From positions 10,703 to 74,702 of the forward strand of contig CAVWEH010000006.1 in assembly GCA_963753975.1 (NCBI GenBank): a stretch of DNA of 64,000 nucleotides, read 5' to 3'. This document shows, piece after piece, positions 38,601 through 49,498 of this stretch. Positions within the stretch are counted from its first letter, which is position 1, and every line of letters starts with the position of its first letter. The position numbers and the translations under genes are program-made. Under the pieces are notes generated by a model. It was not told the origin of the DNA, searched no databases, and saw only the letters and a list, made by a program, of their open reading frames with translations. This DNA comes from an uncultured delta proteobacterium. Its GTDB lineage: Bacteria; Desulfobacterota; Syntrophia; Syntrophales; Smithellaceae.

Positions 38601-41600
38601 TTACCTGGTGGGTCAGCAGGCCTATTGTTCGTGGCGATATAAAACTGAAAGATGGGCAAATCATTTTTCTAAGAAAAATGGCCCGCAAAACCTGGGCATT
38701 CTTCGAAACATTCGTCGGGCCGGACGATCATTGGCTGCCACCTGATAACTATCAGGAGCATCCCGTTGCCGTAATTGCGCATCGCACATCGCCGACAAAC
38801 ATGGGACTGGCACTTGCTGGCAAATTTATCTGCGTATGATTTCGGTTACATTTCGGCTGGAGAATTAATCGAACGCACAGCCGATGCCTTCCAGACGATG
38901 GGGAAAATGGAACGCTATCGCGGCCACTTTTATAATTGGTACGACACTCAAAGCTTGGCCACACTCCGGCCTCATTACATATCCACTGTGGACAGCGGAA
39001 ATCTGAGCGGTCACTTATTAACATTGCGACGGGGATTTATTGATCTTCCCGATCAGAAGATTTGTGGATCTCAATTGTTTGAAGGCATCAACGACACTGC
39101 CACTGTGCCTCCTGGAGGTTGCGGGAGCGGGAGCGCCAAAACAACTTGCCGATTTTCAAAAATATCTGGTCTCATTGCCGGATCCCGGCAAAATGATGCT
39201 TACGCCTTTGCGGCAGCGCCTCGATCATCTCGCGAAGTTTTCTATTGATCTTGCCGGCGCCTTTAACGCAAACACGGAGAGTCATATCATAACGTGGGTG
39301 AAAGTTCTGGTGCATCAATGTGCCGATGCCTTAGAGGAATTTACCTTTTTTTGTCCCTGGATTACGCCTAAATACCCTTCGGCGAGGCTAAGCGAGTTTT
39401 TCGAAACTATGGAAATTCCCTCGCTATGTAAATTGATAACATTCGAAACAGAGCTGCCCCAGGTAATCGAAAATATAATCGGCACAAATACAACTGCCGA
39501 GGAGGCAGCGTGGTTTTCTGATTTTCACAGGAGAATCAAGGAAGTCTCTCAGCGGGCAAGGGAAAGAATAGCGGCAATCAACCGCCTGGTAGCACAGGCA
39601 AATGACTTTGCAGAAATGGATTACAGCTTCCTTTATGACAAAGGTCGTCAGTTGTTGACTATTGGCTATAGCACCACTGAGCGCCGCTGGGACGCAAGTT
39701 ACTATGATCTCTTGGCTTCGGAGGCCAGACTTTGCAGTTTCATAGGAATCGCACAGGGGCAGCTGCCCCAGGAGAACTGGTTTGCCCTGGGACGCCTGCT
39801 GACAAATCCGGGAAGATACCCCGTTCTTCTTTCCTGGGACGGTTCAATGTTCGAGTATCTCATGCCGCTTCTGGTGATGCCCAACTATGAAAACACACTG
39901 TTGGATCAGACGTACACGGCAGCTGTACGCAGGCAGATTGACTATGGAAAATACCGAAGGGTGCCCTGGGGCATTTCAGAATCCGGTTATAGTACAATCG
40001 ATGTCCATCTTAACTACCAGTATCGCGGCTTTGGTGTCCCGGGACTCGGTCTCAAACGAGGGCTTTCCGACGATTTGGTTGTCGCGCCATATGCTTCAGC
40101 ACTGGCGCTGATGGTCGCACCGGAAGAGGCCTGCCTGAATTTGCAGCAGCTTGCCCGGAACGGTATGGAAGGATCATATGGTTTCTATGAAGCGATAGAT
40201 TACACATCTTCACGTCTGCCTCGCGGTCAAGCGAGTGTTGTGGTCAGGTCATTTATGGCTCATCACCAGGGAATGAGTTTACTGGCTTTGGCTTATCTGT
40301 TGCTTGATCGTCCGATGCAGAAACGTTTCGAGTCGGATCCGATGTTTCAATCGACAATGCTGCTGCTGCAGGAACGCATTCCCAGGGCTGTGGCGTTCTA
40401 TCGGCAAATCGCCGAGGATACTACCATTCGCAAGACTGCGTTAGGTGAGAAGGCCCCGGCTCGCATATTTAAAACTCCGAATACACCCGTACCGGAGGTA
40501 CAATTATTGTCCAATGGAAGATACCATGTGATGCTCACCAATGCCGGAGGTGGATATAGCCGCTTTCAGGATTTGGCCGTTACGCGCTGGCGCGAAGACT
40601 CTACCCGCGACAATTGGGGAACATTTTGTTACATTCGTGACGTGATCAGCGGAGAGTTCTGGTCAACAGCATATCAGCCGACACTAAAACAGCCGGAAAG
40701 ATATGAAGCTATTTTCTCTCGACGCCAGGGTTGAGTTTCGGCGTCGGGATAATGAAATCAACACACACACGGAGATAGCCGTATCTCCTGAGGATGATAT
40801 TGAACTACGACGCATACGTATTACCAACCGTTCACGAAGGCTCAGAGAGATAGATATAACCAGTTATGCGGAAATTGTTCTGGCGGCACCTGCGGCCGAC
40901 GCGTTGCATCCGGCGTTTTCCAATCTTTTTGTTCAAACGGAAATCATCCGCGAGCGCCAGACGATTCTCTGCACCAGAAGGCCCCGTTCAAAAGGTGAAC
41001 CTGCGCACTGGATGTTTCACCTGATGGCATTGCACGGGACGGAGAATAAGGAAGTATCCTATGAAACGGATCGTTTAAAGTTTATCGGTCGTGGAAATAC
41101 TTTGGCTAATCCGCAGGCGATGAATTGTCTCCGCGGCTATTTCAGAAGCACTTTCGAATACTGAAGGTTCCGTTCTAGATCCCATTGTGGCTATACGTTG
41201 CCGCGTTAAGTTGGATGCGGGAGAATCGGTCACGATTGATATTGTTTCCGGTATCAGTGAAACACGAGATCATGCGCTTAGTCTTGCCGAAAAATATTCC
41301 GATCAACGTCTTGCCGATCGTGTTTTTAATCTGGCCTGGACCCATAGCCAGGTGGTTCTTGCGGCAAATCAATGCCACGGAAGCCGACGCCCAACTTTAT
41401 GGGCGCCTGGCAGGTTCTGTAATTTACAGCAATTCATCGCTGCGCGCTGATCCGAAGATCATTCATAAAAAACCGTCGCGGACAATCGGGTTTATGGGGT
41501 TACGCCATTTCCGGAGATTTGCCCATTGTACTGCTTCAGATCGGCGACCATGCCAATATCGAACTTGTGCGCCAACTCGAACAGGCCCACGCGTACTGGC

Positions 41601-44366
41601 GCTTAAAAGGTCTGGCAGTTGATCTGGTGATCTGGAATGAAGATAATGCCATCTACAGACAATTCCTCAACGACCAGATAAAGGGCATGATTACAGCAGG
41701 AACGGAAGCAAAATGTTATTGACAAACCGGGCGGCATATTTGTCAGGCCCGGTGATCAGATATCCAATGAGGACAGGATTCTTCTGCAAACGGTTGCCCG
41801 TATAGTAATTAAGGACAACTGGGGAACTCTGACGGAACAAATCAACCGTCGTTCTCTTATCGAAGCAGTTGTTCCGCGTTTCAAGCCGACTCGGGCTCAA
41901 CATACCGGAATCCGGAAGACAAAGGAAATAACTCACCCCAATAATCTGATCTTTTTAAACGGACTGGGTGGATTTACACCAGACGGACGCGAATATGTCA
42001 TTACGACAAAACCCGGCAGTGTGACGCCGGCTCCCTGGGTTAATGTATTGGCTAATCCTCACTTCGGATCATTAATTTCAGAGAGCGGCTCTGCTTCAAC
42101 CTGGAGTGAGAATGCCCATGAGTTCCGCCTTACACCCTGGTACAACGATCCCGTAAGCGATCTGAGCGGAGAAGCCTTCTATATCCGTGATGAAGAAACG
42201 GGACATTTCTGGTCTCCAACGCCATTGCCCTGCCGCACGGCAACACCCTATATCAGCCGGCACGGATTTGGTTATAGTGTTTTTGAACATAGGGAAGAGG
42301 GAATCTGCTCAGAGTTGTGGATTTATGTGGCCATAGACGCGCCGATCAAGTTTACAGTATTAAAGTTGCGCAATGAATCAGGCCGTTCCCGCAGTCTATC
42401 GGTTACAGGTTACGTGGAGTGGGTGCTCGGTGATTTGCGGTCAAAAACGATGATGCATGTTACAACCGAAGTCGATACGGGAAGCGGGGCGCTTTTCGCC
42501 CGGAATCAATACAATACGGAATTTGCCGACCGCGTGGTTTTCTTTGATGTGGACGATAAAAATCGGACTCATCACCGGAGATAGAACTGAGTTTATCGGA
42601 CGCAATGGTGATCTTATCACAGCCGGCGGCCATGACGCATACGCAACTCTCCGGCAAAGTTGGCGCAGCCCTGGATCCCTGCGCCGCCATCCAGGTGAAC
42701 GTTGAATTGGATGATGGACAGGAACAGGAAACCATCTTCCGGCTGGGTGTTACCGGAAGAAGAGGTGCCGATGACGCCAGTAACACGGTCAAAAGCTTTA
42801 GAGGGTCAACCATTGCTCAAAGCGTTCTTGATGACGTGCAGAAATACTGGAAAAAGACACTGGGTACTATACAGGTAGAAACTCCGGACCCCTCTCTTAA
42901 TGTGTTAACCAATGGCTGGCTATTATACCAAACGATATCCTGCCGTCTTTGGGCTCGTAACGGTTATTACCAGTCAGGCGGCGCCTTCGGTTTCCGTGAC
43001 CAGTTACAGGATACGATGGCGCTTGTTTATGCTCAACCGGTTCTTGTCCGTCAACACTTGCTTTTATGCGCGAGCCGTCAATTTCAGGAGGGAGACGTCC
43101 AGCATTGGTGGCATCCGCCTTCGGGAAGGGGTGTGCGCACACAATGTTCTGATGATTATCTGTGGCTGCCTTTAGCCGTGAGTCGCTATATTATCAGCTA
43201 CCGGTGATTTGAGCATCTTGAATGAAATCGTCAGATTTATCGAAGGTCGCCCGGTAAGAGCAGATGAGGATTCCTATTACGACCTGCCCGGCGTAACTGA
43301 TGAAGCAACCAGTTTATACGATCACTGTACACGAGCCATTAAAAGGGGACTAAGATTCGGCAGTCATGGTCTGCCGCTTATGGGCTCAGGCGATTGGAAT
43401 GATGGCATGAACAAGGTGGGAGCGGGAGGTAAAGGCGAAAGTGTCTGGATGGGATTTTTCCTGTATGACGTGCTAATTAAGTTCGCCGAAATTGCCCGGA
43501 TGAAAGGCGATATATCTTTTGCCGAATTATGCAAAAAAGAGGCAGGTAAGTTACAGCGAAGCATTGAGCGCGATGGTTGGGATGGCGAGTGGTACCGCCG
43601 TGCATACTTCGATGACGGATCATTATTGGGATCAGCAACGAACACGGAATGCCGGATTGATTCGATTGCGCAAAGCTGGTCTGTTCTATCAGGAGCCGGT
43701 GCACCTCTCCGCGCAAGGCAAGCTATGGAAGCCGTAGATCGGCTCCTGGTTCACCGGGATCAAAAACTGATCCAATTGCTTGACCCGCCCTTTGATAAGT
43801 CTGAAATGGAACCAGGCTATATTAAAGGTTATGTGCCCGGGGTAAGAGAAAATGGCGGCCAGTACACTCATGCGGCAATCTGGGCGGCCATGGCTTTTGC
43901 CGCTTTACGCGACAATCGGCGCCTATGGGATCTATTGTCTATAATAAATCCGATAAATCATGCCAGATCCCCTGAAGAGGTAGATATCTATAAAGTCGAG
44001 CCTTATGTTGTTGCTTCCGATGTCTATGCTCTGGCTCCGCATGTCGGCCGTGGCGGCTGGACATGGTTTACCGGTTCTGCTGCCTGGATGTACCGGCTTA
44101 TCCTGGAATCACTGCTGGGAATGTCGATGAACATGGACAAAATTACTTTTGAGCCCTGCATCCCCCTGGATTGGGAAGAGTTCAAAATTCGTTATGTGTT
44201 CCGGGAGACCACCTATAAGATCGCTGTGCGGCAAACTCATGACGCAATTGAAGAAGTGAGTGTCACCCTGGATGGTTTCGCCAGACCAGACCGGACGATA
44301 CAACTGGTTAATGATCGTCAGGAACATTTAGTCGAGGTGAGAATAACGGCCTCGAGATCATCATGA
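35607..44366 (+). CDS. Cyclic beta-1,2-glucan synthase (Cgs/NdvB/ChvB; GT84 plus GH94 domains), broken by many frameshifts
   Basis: Consecutive fragments with PLRSEL, EWLLDNFY, GYERKRGK, TLDTDTQLP, LSHDLIEG, RRHRWIRGDWQ, YYDLLASEAR, SWDGSMFEYLMP, PWGISES, GFRDQLQD, GDWNDGMN, ENGGQYTH. Confidence 0.9.
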
Positions 44367-44401
44367 AGGTGATCAAATATTTACGACCTGGAGCGGTTCC
44401 T

Positions 44402-44526
44402 ATGCCAGTTCTAAATCAAAGATGATATCGCGGCGGTAAGGAGGAGGCGACGAGACGTATTTTACATACGTTGAGGAAGCCGACGACGAAGCCAACAAAG
44501 ATAGCGCTTTGATTTCGAATTGGCAT
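44402..44526. mobile_element. MITE-like element between convergent cgs and pfkA
   Basis: 20-bp TIRs ATGCCAGTTCTAAATCAAAG / CTTTGATTTCGAATTGGCAT (18/20 match). Confidence 0.7.
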
Positions 44527-45629
44527 TATAGGATGGTTCTGCGTCCGTTATACCTTTCCGTATCGTAATACTTTTCTACATCCACCAAGTTTAATTTATT
44601 GATAACTTCTTTCAGGGGTACGCCGGTAATTTCTCCGCGCGAAAGAGAAACCATGCGTCCGAAATCCTCTTTGATAATCATGTCCACAGCGGCAATGCCG
44701 AACCATCTGGCCATCAGGCGATCGTGGGCGGAAGGTGATCCGCCGCGCTGGAGATGGCTCAGGATTATGTGGCGTGATTCAAACCCGGTTTTGCGTTCAA
44801 TTTCAGTGGCGACGTAACTGGCAATTCCGCCAATCGACTCATGCCCGAAATCGTCTAAATGACTATCCTTGGTAAATTCCCGCCCTCCTGCGGGCCTGGC
44901 CGCTTCGGCAACCACAATAATGGAATAGTTGATTTCACGACCGTGCCTCTGGCGCAAAAGTTCACATACACGTTCCATCTCGAAAGGACATTCCGGTATC
45001 AAAATAATATACGCTCCGCTGCATTCTCCACCGTGGAGAGCAAGCCAGCCGGCATGGCGTCCCATTGTTTCCACAACAAAAATACGGCCATGGGAACCGG
45101 CGGTTGTTCTCAGCCGGTCGATTTCTTCCATAATGACGTTAACCGCAGTATCAAAGCCGAGCGAATATTCAGTTCCCATAAGATCGTTGTCGATTGTCTT
45201 GGGGATACCCACTGTTTTGATACCCAGCTTATGTAATTTATAAGCGACACCCAGAGTATCTTCGCCGCCGATGACAACAAGCGCGTCAATTCCTAACTTT
45301 TTGATGTTATCAATTAGCTTCGCCGAACGGTCATTTTGGGGATTAAACGGATTTGTCCGTGATGTTCCCAGGTTTGTTCCTCCGTAACGATCCCATGTCC
45401 GGACGACCTCTTCGTCTAAATGTTTGATATACTTCTCGCAGCTTTTCGGATCGTCGGGATCAACCTCGATGATGCCCTTCCAGCCCTGAGTAATGCCAAG
45501 AACTTCAAATGAAATAGTACGATTTCCCGCAATTCTTGGATCAACTGCGCTTTTCGTTATCCACTTGATCGCGCCATTGAGTCCCGGGCAATCTCCTCCG
45601 CCTGTTAATATGGCTATTTTCATTTTCAT
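44526..45629 (-). CDS. pfkA: 6-phosphofructokinase (PfkA family)
   Basis: ILTGGGDCPGLNG, GGTNLGTSR, IGGEDT, PKTIDND, ETMGRHAGW. Confidence 0.93.
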   Translation of the reverse strand: MKMKIAILTGGGDCPGLNGAIKWITKSAVDPRIAGNRTISFEVLGITQGWKGIIEVDPDDPKSCEKYIKHLDEEVVRTWDRYGGTNLGTSRTNPFNPQNDRSAKLIDNIKKLGIDALVVIGGEDTLGVAYKLHKLGIKTVGIPKTIDNDLMGTEYSLGFDTAVNVIMEEIDRLRTTAGSHGRIFVVETMGRHAGWLALHGGECSGAYIILIPECPFEMERVCELLRQRHGREINYSIIVVAEAARPAGGREFTKDSHLDDFGHESIGGIASYVATEIERKTGFESRHIILSHLQRGGSPSAHDRLMARWFGIAAVDMIIKEDFGRMVSLSRGEITGVPLKEVINKLNLVDVEKYYDTERYNGRRTIL

Positions 45630-45842
45630 AATTTTCTTCCCTCCCTGCGTTCTGGGAATTTGGGTCTCATTACAATATCGTCCCACTTAGCTTCGCACGT
45701 GGGATAATTTCCGATAGCCACCGGCTATTGATACCACTGTATGCTTTGCATACAGGATAATTCCATTTGCGCTTCAAATTTCGTTTCACTCATTTTCAGC
45801 GAATGTCATTAATTCGGCTAACAAACTTCTATTCGCTTCGCT

Positions 45843-45970
45843 TTGCTGTGTTTTTTGCCTTGTCAGGTCAATGCTGACGTCATCGAAAAACTGAACGTTC
45901 AAGATGTAGCTCTGACCTTTGATACCTGTGAAACCACAACTCCTTCGCACTTCGATGATAAGATCCTGTC
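45843..45970 (+). pseudogene. Fragment resembling a polysaccharide deacetylase N-terminus
   Basis: DVALTFDTCETTTPSHFDDKIL, then abrupt switch to unrelated sequence. Confidence 0.45.
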
Positions 45971-46087
45971 ATGTATTTCAGCTTTCAGAGCCCCGGACGC
46001 TTTAATGCTTCCCCCGGGCAAAGTGTGGTGTCGATTTCAAGCTGCCGGGTTCAGCATTTCTCCTTCGACCAGAGGCATATCGAAAGG

Positions 46088-47119
46088 TTAAAAATCATTG
46101 ATCGAATCAATAAGATTTCTGAGCCTGCCGAAATCCCTGCGGTTAAAATCTATCACCAGTCGCGGCAGATGAATAAGATCCTCATCATCCATTTCAGCTT
46201 TCAAAGCCCCGGACGCTGTGATACTTCCCCCGGGCAAAAGGATGTCATGAAACTGATCTGTCAGCTTCCCGATATCATCGGGGCTGAGCTCAGATGTGAG
46301 CCGGATCACCAGTTGGCCATGCACATACCGGATGCTGTGATAGCGGCGATAGAAATGCTGAATCTTCTCCACCGCATCATCCACGGAGCATACTCTTTCA
46401 AAGAGCGCAAAGTCCGACGGGCAAATATAGTTGCGAGCCAGTAGCTCTTCCTCGAAGAGCTTGATCATGTGGGACCAGTATGAACATTCCGGATCATCCA
46501 CGAGCACAAGCGGCATGGGATTGCGTTTGCCGGTTTGCAGCAGGGTGAGCGTCTCCATCGCCTCATCGAGCGTGCCGAAACCGCCCGGAAAGAGCGCCAC
46601 GGCGTCAGCTTCTTTAAGGAAGGCAACTTTGCGGTTGAAAAAATATTTGTACGTGATGAACCGCGGGTTGCCCTCGATCACGGCATTCGGCTTCTGCTCG
46701 AACGGCAAGCGGATGTTCACACCGAAGGAATGCTCGGAACCGGCTCCCTCGTTGACGGCCTGCATGATGCCTTCTCCCCCGCCGGTGATGACCATGTAAC
46801 CCGCCTCAGCGAGCTTTTTCCCGAAGAGCTTTGCCATCTCGTATAGCGGATCGCCCGGCTGGGTACGCGCCGAGCCGAAGACCGTGACCTTGCGAACGTT
46901 CTGGTAGGGGCCGAAGACCTTGGAAGTAAATCGCATCTCCTTGAGCGTCGTGTTCATGAGCTTGAGGTCCGCGCTCTCGTCATCCTCCTGCCCGGCTTTG
47001 AGCGAGGCGATAATCATTTCGCGGACGTATTTTGGCCTCCGGATTCCCTCGGCGGTCTCCATCAATTGGTCGATAATCTCGTCGATGGGGCCGTTATCTT
47101 TGTCGAAATAAATTTTCAT
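46088..47119 (-). CDS. LOG family protein (TIGR00730-like nucleotide phosphoribohydrolase)
   Basis: VTVFGSART, ITGGGEGIMQA, FKYFFNRK-like, PGGFGTLDE. Confidence 0.92.
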   Translation of the reverse strand: MKIYFDKDNGPIDEIIDQLMETAEGIRRPKYVREMIIASLKAGQEDDESADLKLMNTTLKEMRFTSKVFGPYQNVRKVTVFGSARTQPGDPLYEMAKLFGKKLAEAGYMVITGGGEGIMQAVNEGAGSEHSFGVNIRLPFEQKPNAVIEGNPRFITYKYFFNRKVAFLKEADAVALFPGGFGTLDEAMETLTLLQTGKRNPMPLVLVDDPECSYWSHMIKLFEEELLARNYICPSDFALFERVCSVDDAVEKIQHFYRRYHSIRYVHGQLVIRLTSELSPDDIGKLTDQFHDILLPGGSITASGALKAEMDDEDLIHLPRLVIDFNRRDFGRLRNLIDSINDF

Positions 47120-47443
47120 AACTTCTCTCCGTTTTCCTACCTGCACTGCTGAAATGATTGTTATAAAGTAAGCATTCTATTGTTCATTGTCGAGAAAGAT
47201 GAAGGATTTTGTCTTACGCTGGCAGTTCACTTTCTTCATGTTAATTTCATCATCCGGTAATAATAATGTAACAATAAAAGAGATAATATCAATCCCTGCC
47301 GGACGATGTTATTTCCCTCATCCATTGTCATTATAAGTGAGTATCGTTCGACAGCGTCCGCCGAACCATCAGGACCGTTGACTGCATAACTGCCTTAGGT
47401 CTGACAGTACGACGGTATAAGTAAGAAAAAATGGAGGTTATTT

Positions 47444-48310
47444 ATGAATGCACTGGCATTACAGGAGATGCCGCAGATACAAAAAGAGCGTGTAATCGGC
47501 GAGATATTAGTGAGCCCCTATCGTCTGTTGCTCGACGAATTCGAACCCAAAATAAGGATTAATATTGAGCGGGATGATTATATTATCAAAACTGCCGAAA
47601 CCGGCGCCGAACTGGAAGAAACGCTCCGCCTCCGGCACGATGTTTTTTATAAGGAGCTCATCGGGAAGAAACTTCCCTATGAAATTGACATTGACCGCTT
47701 CGATACCCGTTGTGACCACCTGATTCTTGTCGATCGGAAGACGGAGGACATCGTCGGCACCTACCGGCTGATCGCCAGCACCTTTTCCCCGGATTTCTAC
47801 TCCGAAGGCGAATTCGATCTTTATGACATCAAACGTCTGGACGGCGTCAAGCTCGAATTGGGAAGAGCCTGTATCGAAAAGGGCTACCGGAACGGACAGA
47901 CCATCGTGCTGCTCTGGCAGGGATTGAATGAATATATGAATAAAATCCAGGCGAAATATCTCTTCGGCTGTGCGAGCGTTAAAACCACTGATTCCATAAA
48001 AATCGCGGTATTGCAGCGCTACGTCCAACAATACCACTATACCCAACCGCACATCCGTGTGACGCCAAATAAGAAATATCGTATAAAGGATCTCGCACAT
48101 ATCGTCAGCGTTCTCGAGCAGAACACCGCAAACGAAAAAAAGACGGCGAGGCTTATCCCGAACCTCCTCAACTCCTATCTGGCGCTCGGCGCTCTGATAT
48201 GCGGAGAGCCGGCCTACGATCCTGAGTTCAAGTGTATGGATTACCTGACCATCCTCGATGTAGAGGCGATGAACCAGCGCTATCTCAACAAACTGTTAAG
48301 TACTTGTTAA
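47444..48310 (+). CDS. GNAT N-acyltransferase, OlsB (ornithine lipid) family
   Basis: LRLRHDVFY, DIDRFD..CDHL, VGTYRL, FYSEGEFD, LELGRAC, YLFGCAS, PAYDPEF. Confidence 0.8.
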   Translation: MNALALQEMPQIQKERVIGEILVSPYRLLLDEFEPKIRINIERDDYIIKTAETGAELEETLRLRHDVFYKELIGKKLPYEIDIDRFDTRCDHLILVDRKTEDIVGTYRLIASTFSPDFYSEGEFDLYDIKRLDGVKLELGRACIEKGYRNGQTIVLLWQGLNEYMNKIQAKYLFGCASVKTTDSIKIAVLQRYVQQYHYTQPHIRVTPNKKYRIKDLAHIVSVLEQNTANEKKTARLIPNLLNSYLALGALICGEPAYDPEFKCMDYLTILDVEAMNQRYLNKLLSTC

Positions 48311-48349
48311 TGCACGGCAATCACGAGCACCAGGAAAAAGGTACTGATC

Positions 48350-49375
48350 ATGCGCAATTTTTTTAATGCCTTGCGCTTTATTATCGGTTGTCGGTTTCCT
48401 TGCGATGAGAATATCGACGTGTTCAATATCGTGCTGCCGATAGGCGGGGATTTCCTGAATGCCTTTGTTTATCAAAAGGCGGACGGCAAGTCCCGAGGGG
48501 CCATCCTGGCCATTCACGGCATGTCAGCGCAGGGAAATCGTGATCCCCGGTTTGTAACAGTTTGTAAAGCTCTGGCACATTGCGGGTATATAATCGTCTC
48601 TCCCTTATACCCCGATATCGAGGGATTCCTGATTAAAGAGGAAACTGTGTACGTGATCGCCAAAACTATTCAGAGTCTCGCGGAAAATGCAACCCTCTGC
48701 CCTTCAGGAAAGATTTCCATCTTTGCTCCTTCCTTTTCGGCCGGCCTCGCTATCATTGCCGCTTCCAGACCGGAAACAAGGGAACTGGTGAGAGCCATCT
48801 GTGCGATTGGAACCTACAGCAATGTAGAAACGTCGGTGGAATTTCTCCTGTCCGAGCAGGATAATGACGAATATGCGCGACTTATTATCCTGCGCAATTT
48901 TATGCATCATTCGATTGGCCCAAGCAACGATCTCTCTCACGCTTTGCGTGTTGCCATCCTCGACAATGGGAATTGTCGAGAGAACCCGGAACTCCCTCAA
49001 CTCCTCCGCACACTACCGCGCAACGTGCGACGAATATTTACCCGACTGCAGAGAGAATCTTCCTATCGCTGGTATCACTGGAAGAGGATTTGCTCCCCAG
49101 CGAAGGGTGTTAACGACATGTTGAAACGACTATCAACAGTGTCAACAATCGATTCGTTGAAAGCGGCAGTCGCCCTGGTTCATGGAGCCGACGACCGGGT
49201 AATCCCGCCCACAGAATCGGTTATCCTGCACCGCCGTTTGCAGGAGGAAAATAAGCTCTCCAGACTTTCACTCACCCCGGCGATCTCCCACGGAGATACC
49301 ACCCTGACTGCAAGCATGATCCCCGCACTCTTCGACTTGGCCGGCACTTTCGCGTTTTTCTTCAAACACGCCTGA
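48350..49375 (+). CDS. Alpha/beta hydrolase fold protein
   Basis: LAIHG, nucleophile elbow APSFSAG, LVHGADDRVIP, late His (ISHGD). Confidence 0.7.
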   Translation: MRNFFNALRFIIGCRFPCDENIDVFNIVLPIGGDFLNAFVYQKADGKSRGAILAIHGMSAQGNRDPRFVTVCKALAHCGYIIVSPLYPDIEGFLIKEETVYVIAKTIQSLAENATLCPSGKISIFAPSFSAGLAIIAASRPETRELVRAICAIGTYSNVETSVEFLLSEQDNDEYARLIILRNFMHHSIGPSNDLSHALRVAILDNGNCRENPELPQLLRTLPRNVRRIFTRLQRESSYRWYHWKRICSPAKGVNDMLKRLSTVSTIDSLKAAVALVHGADDRVIPPTESVILHRRLQEENKLSRLSLTPAISHGDTTLTASMIPALFDLAGTFAFFFKHA

Positions 49376-49498
49376 TTGTTCCATAGCCGTCGCGGGTATA
49401 TCCGCGAGCTCACTTTTTTCGCGATATTTTTGCCGGATTGTAACAGTGACTTAACAAAAAAATGCTAACACGAGACACCGTTTTTTGTATAAGAATAT

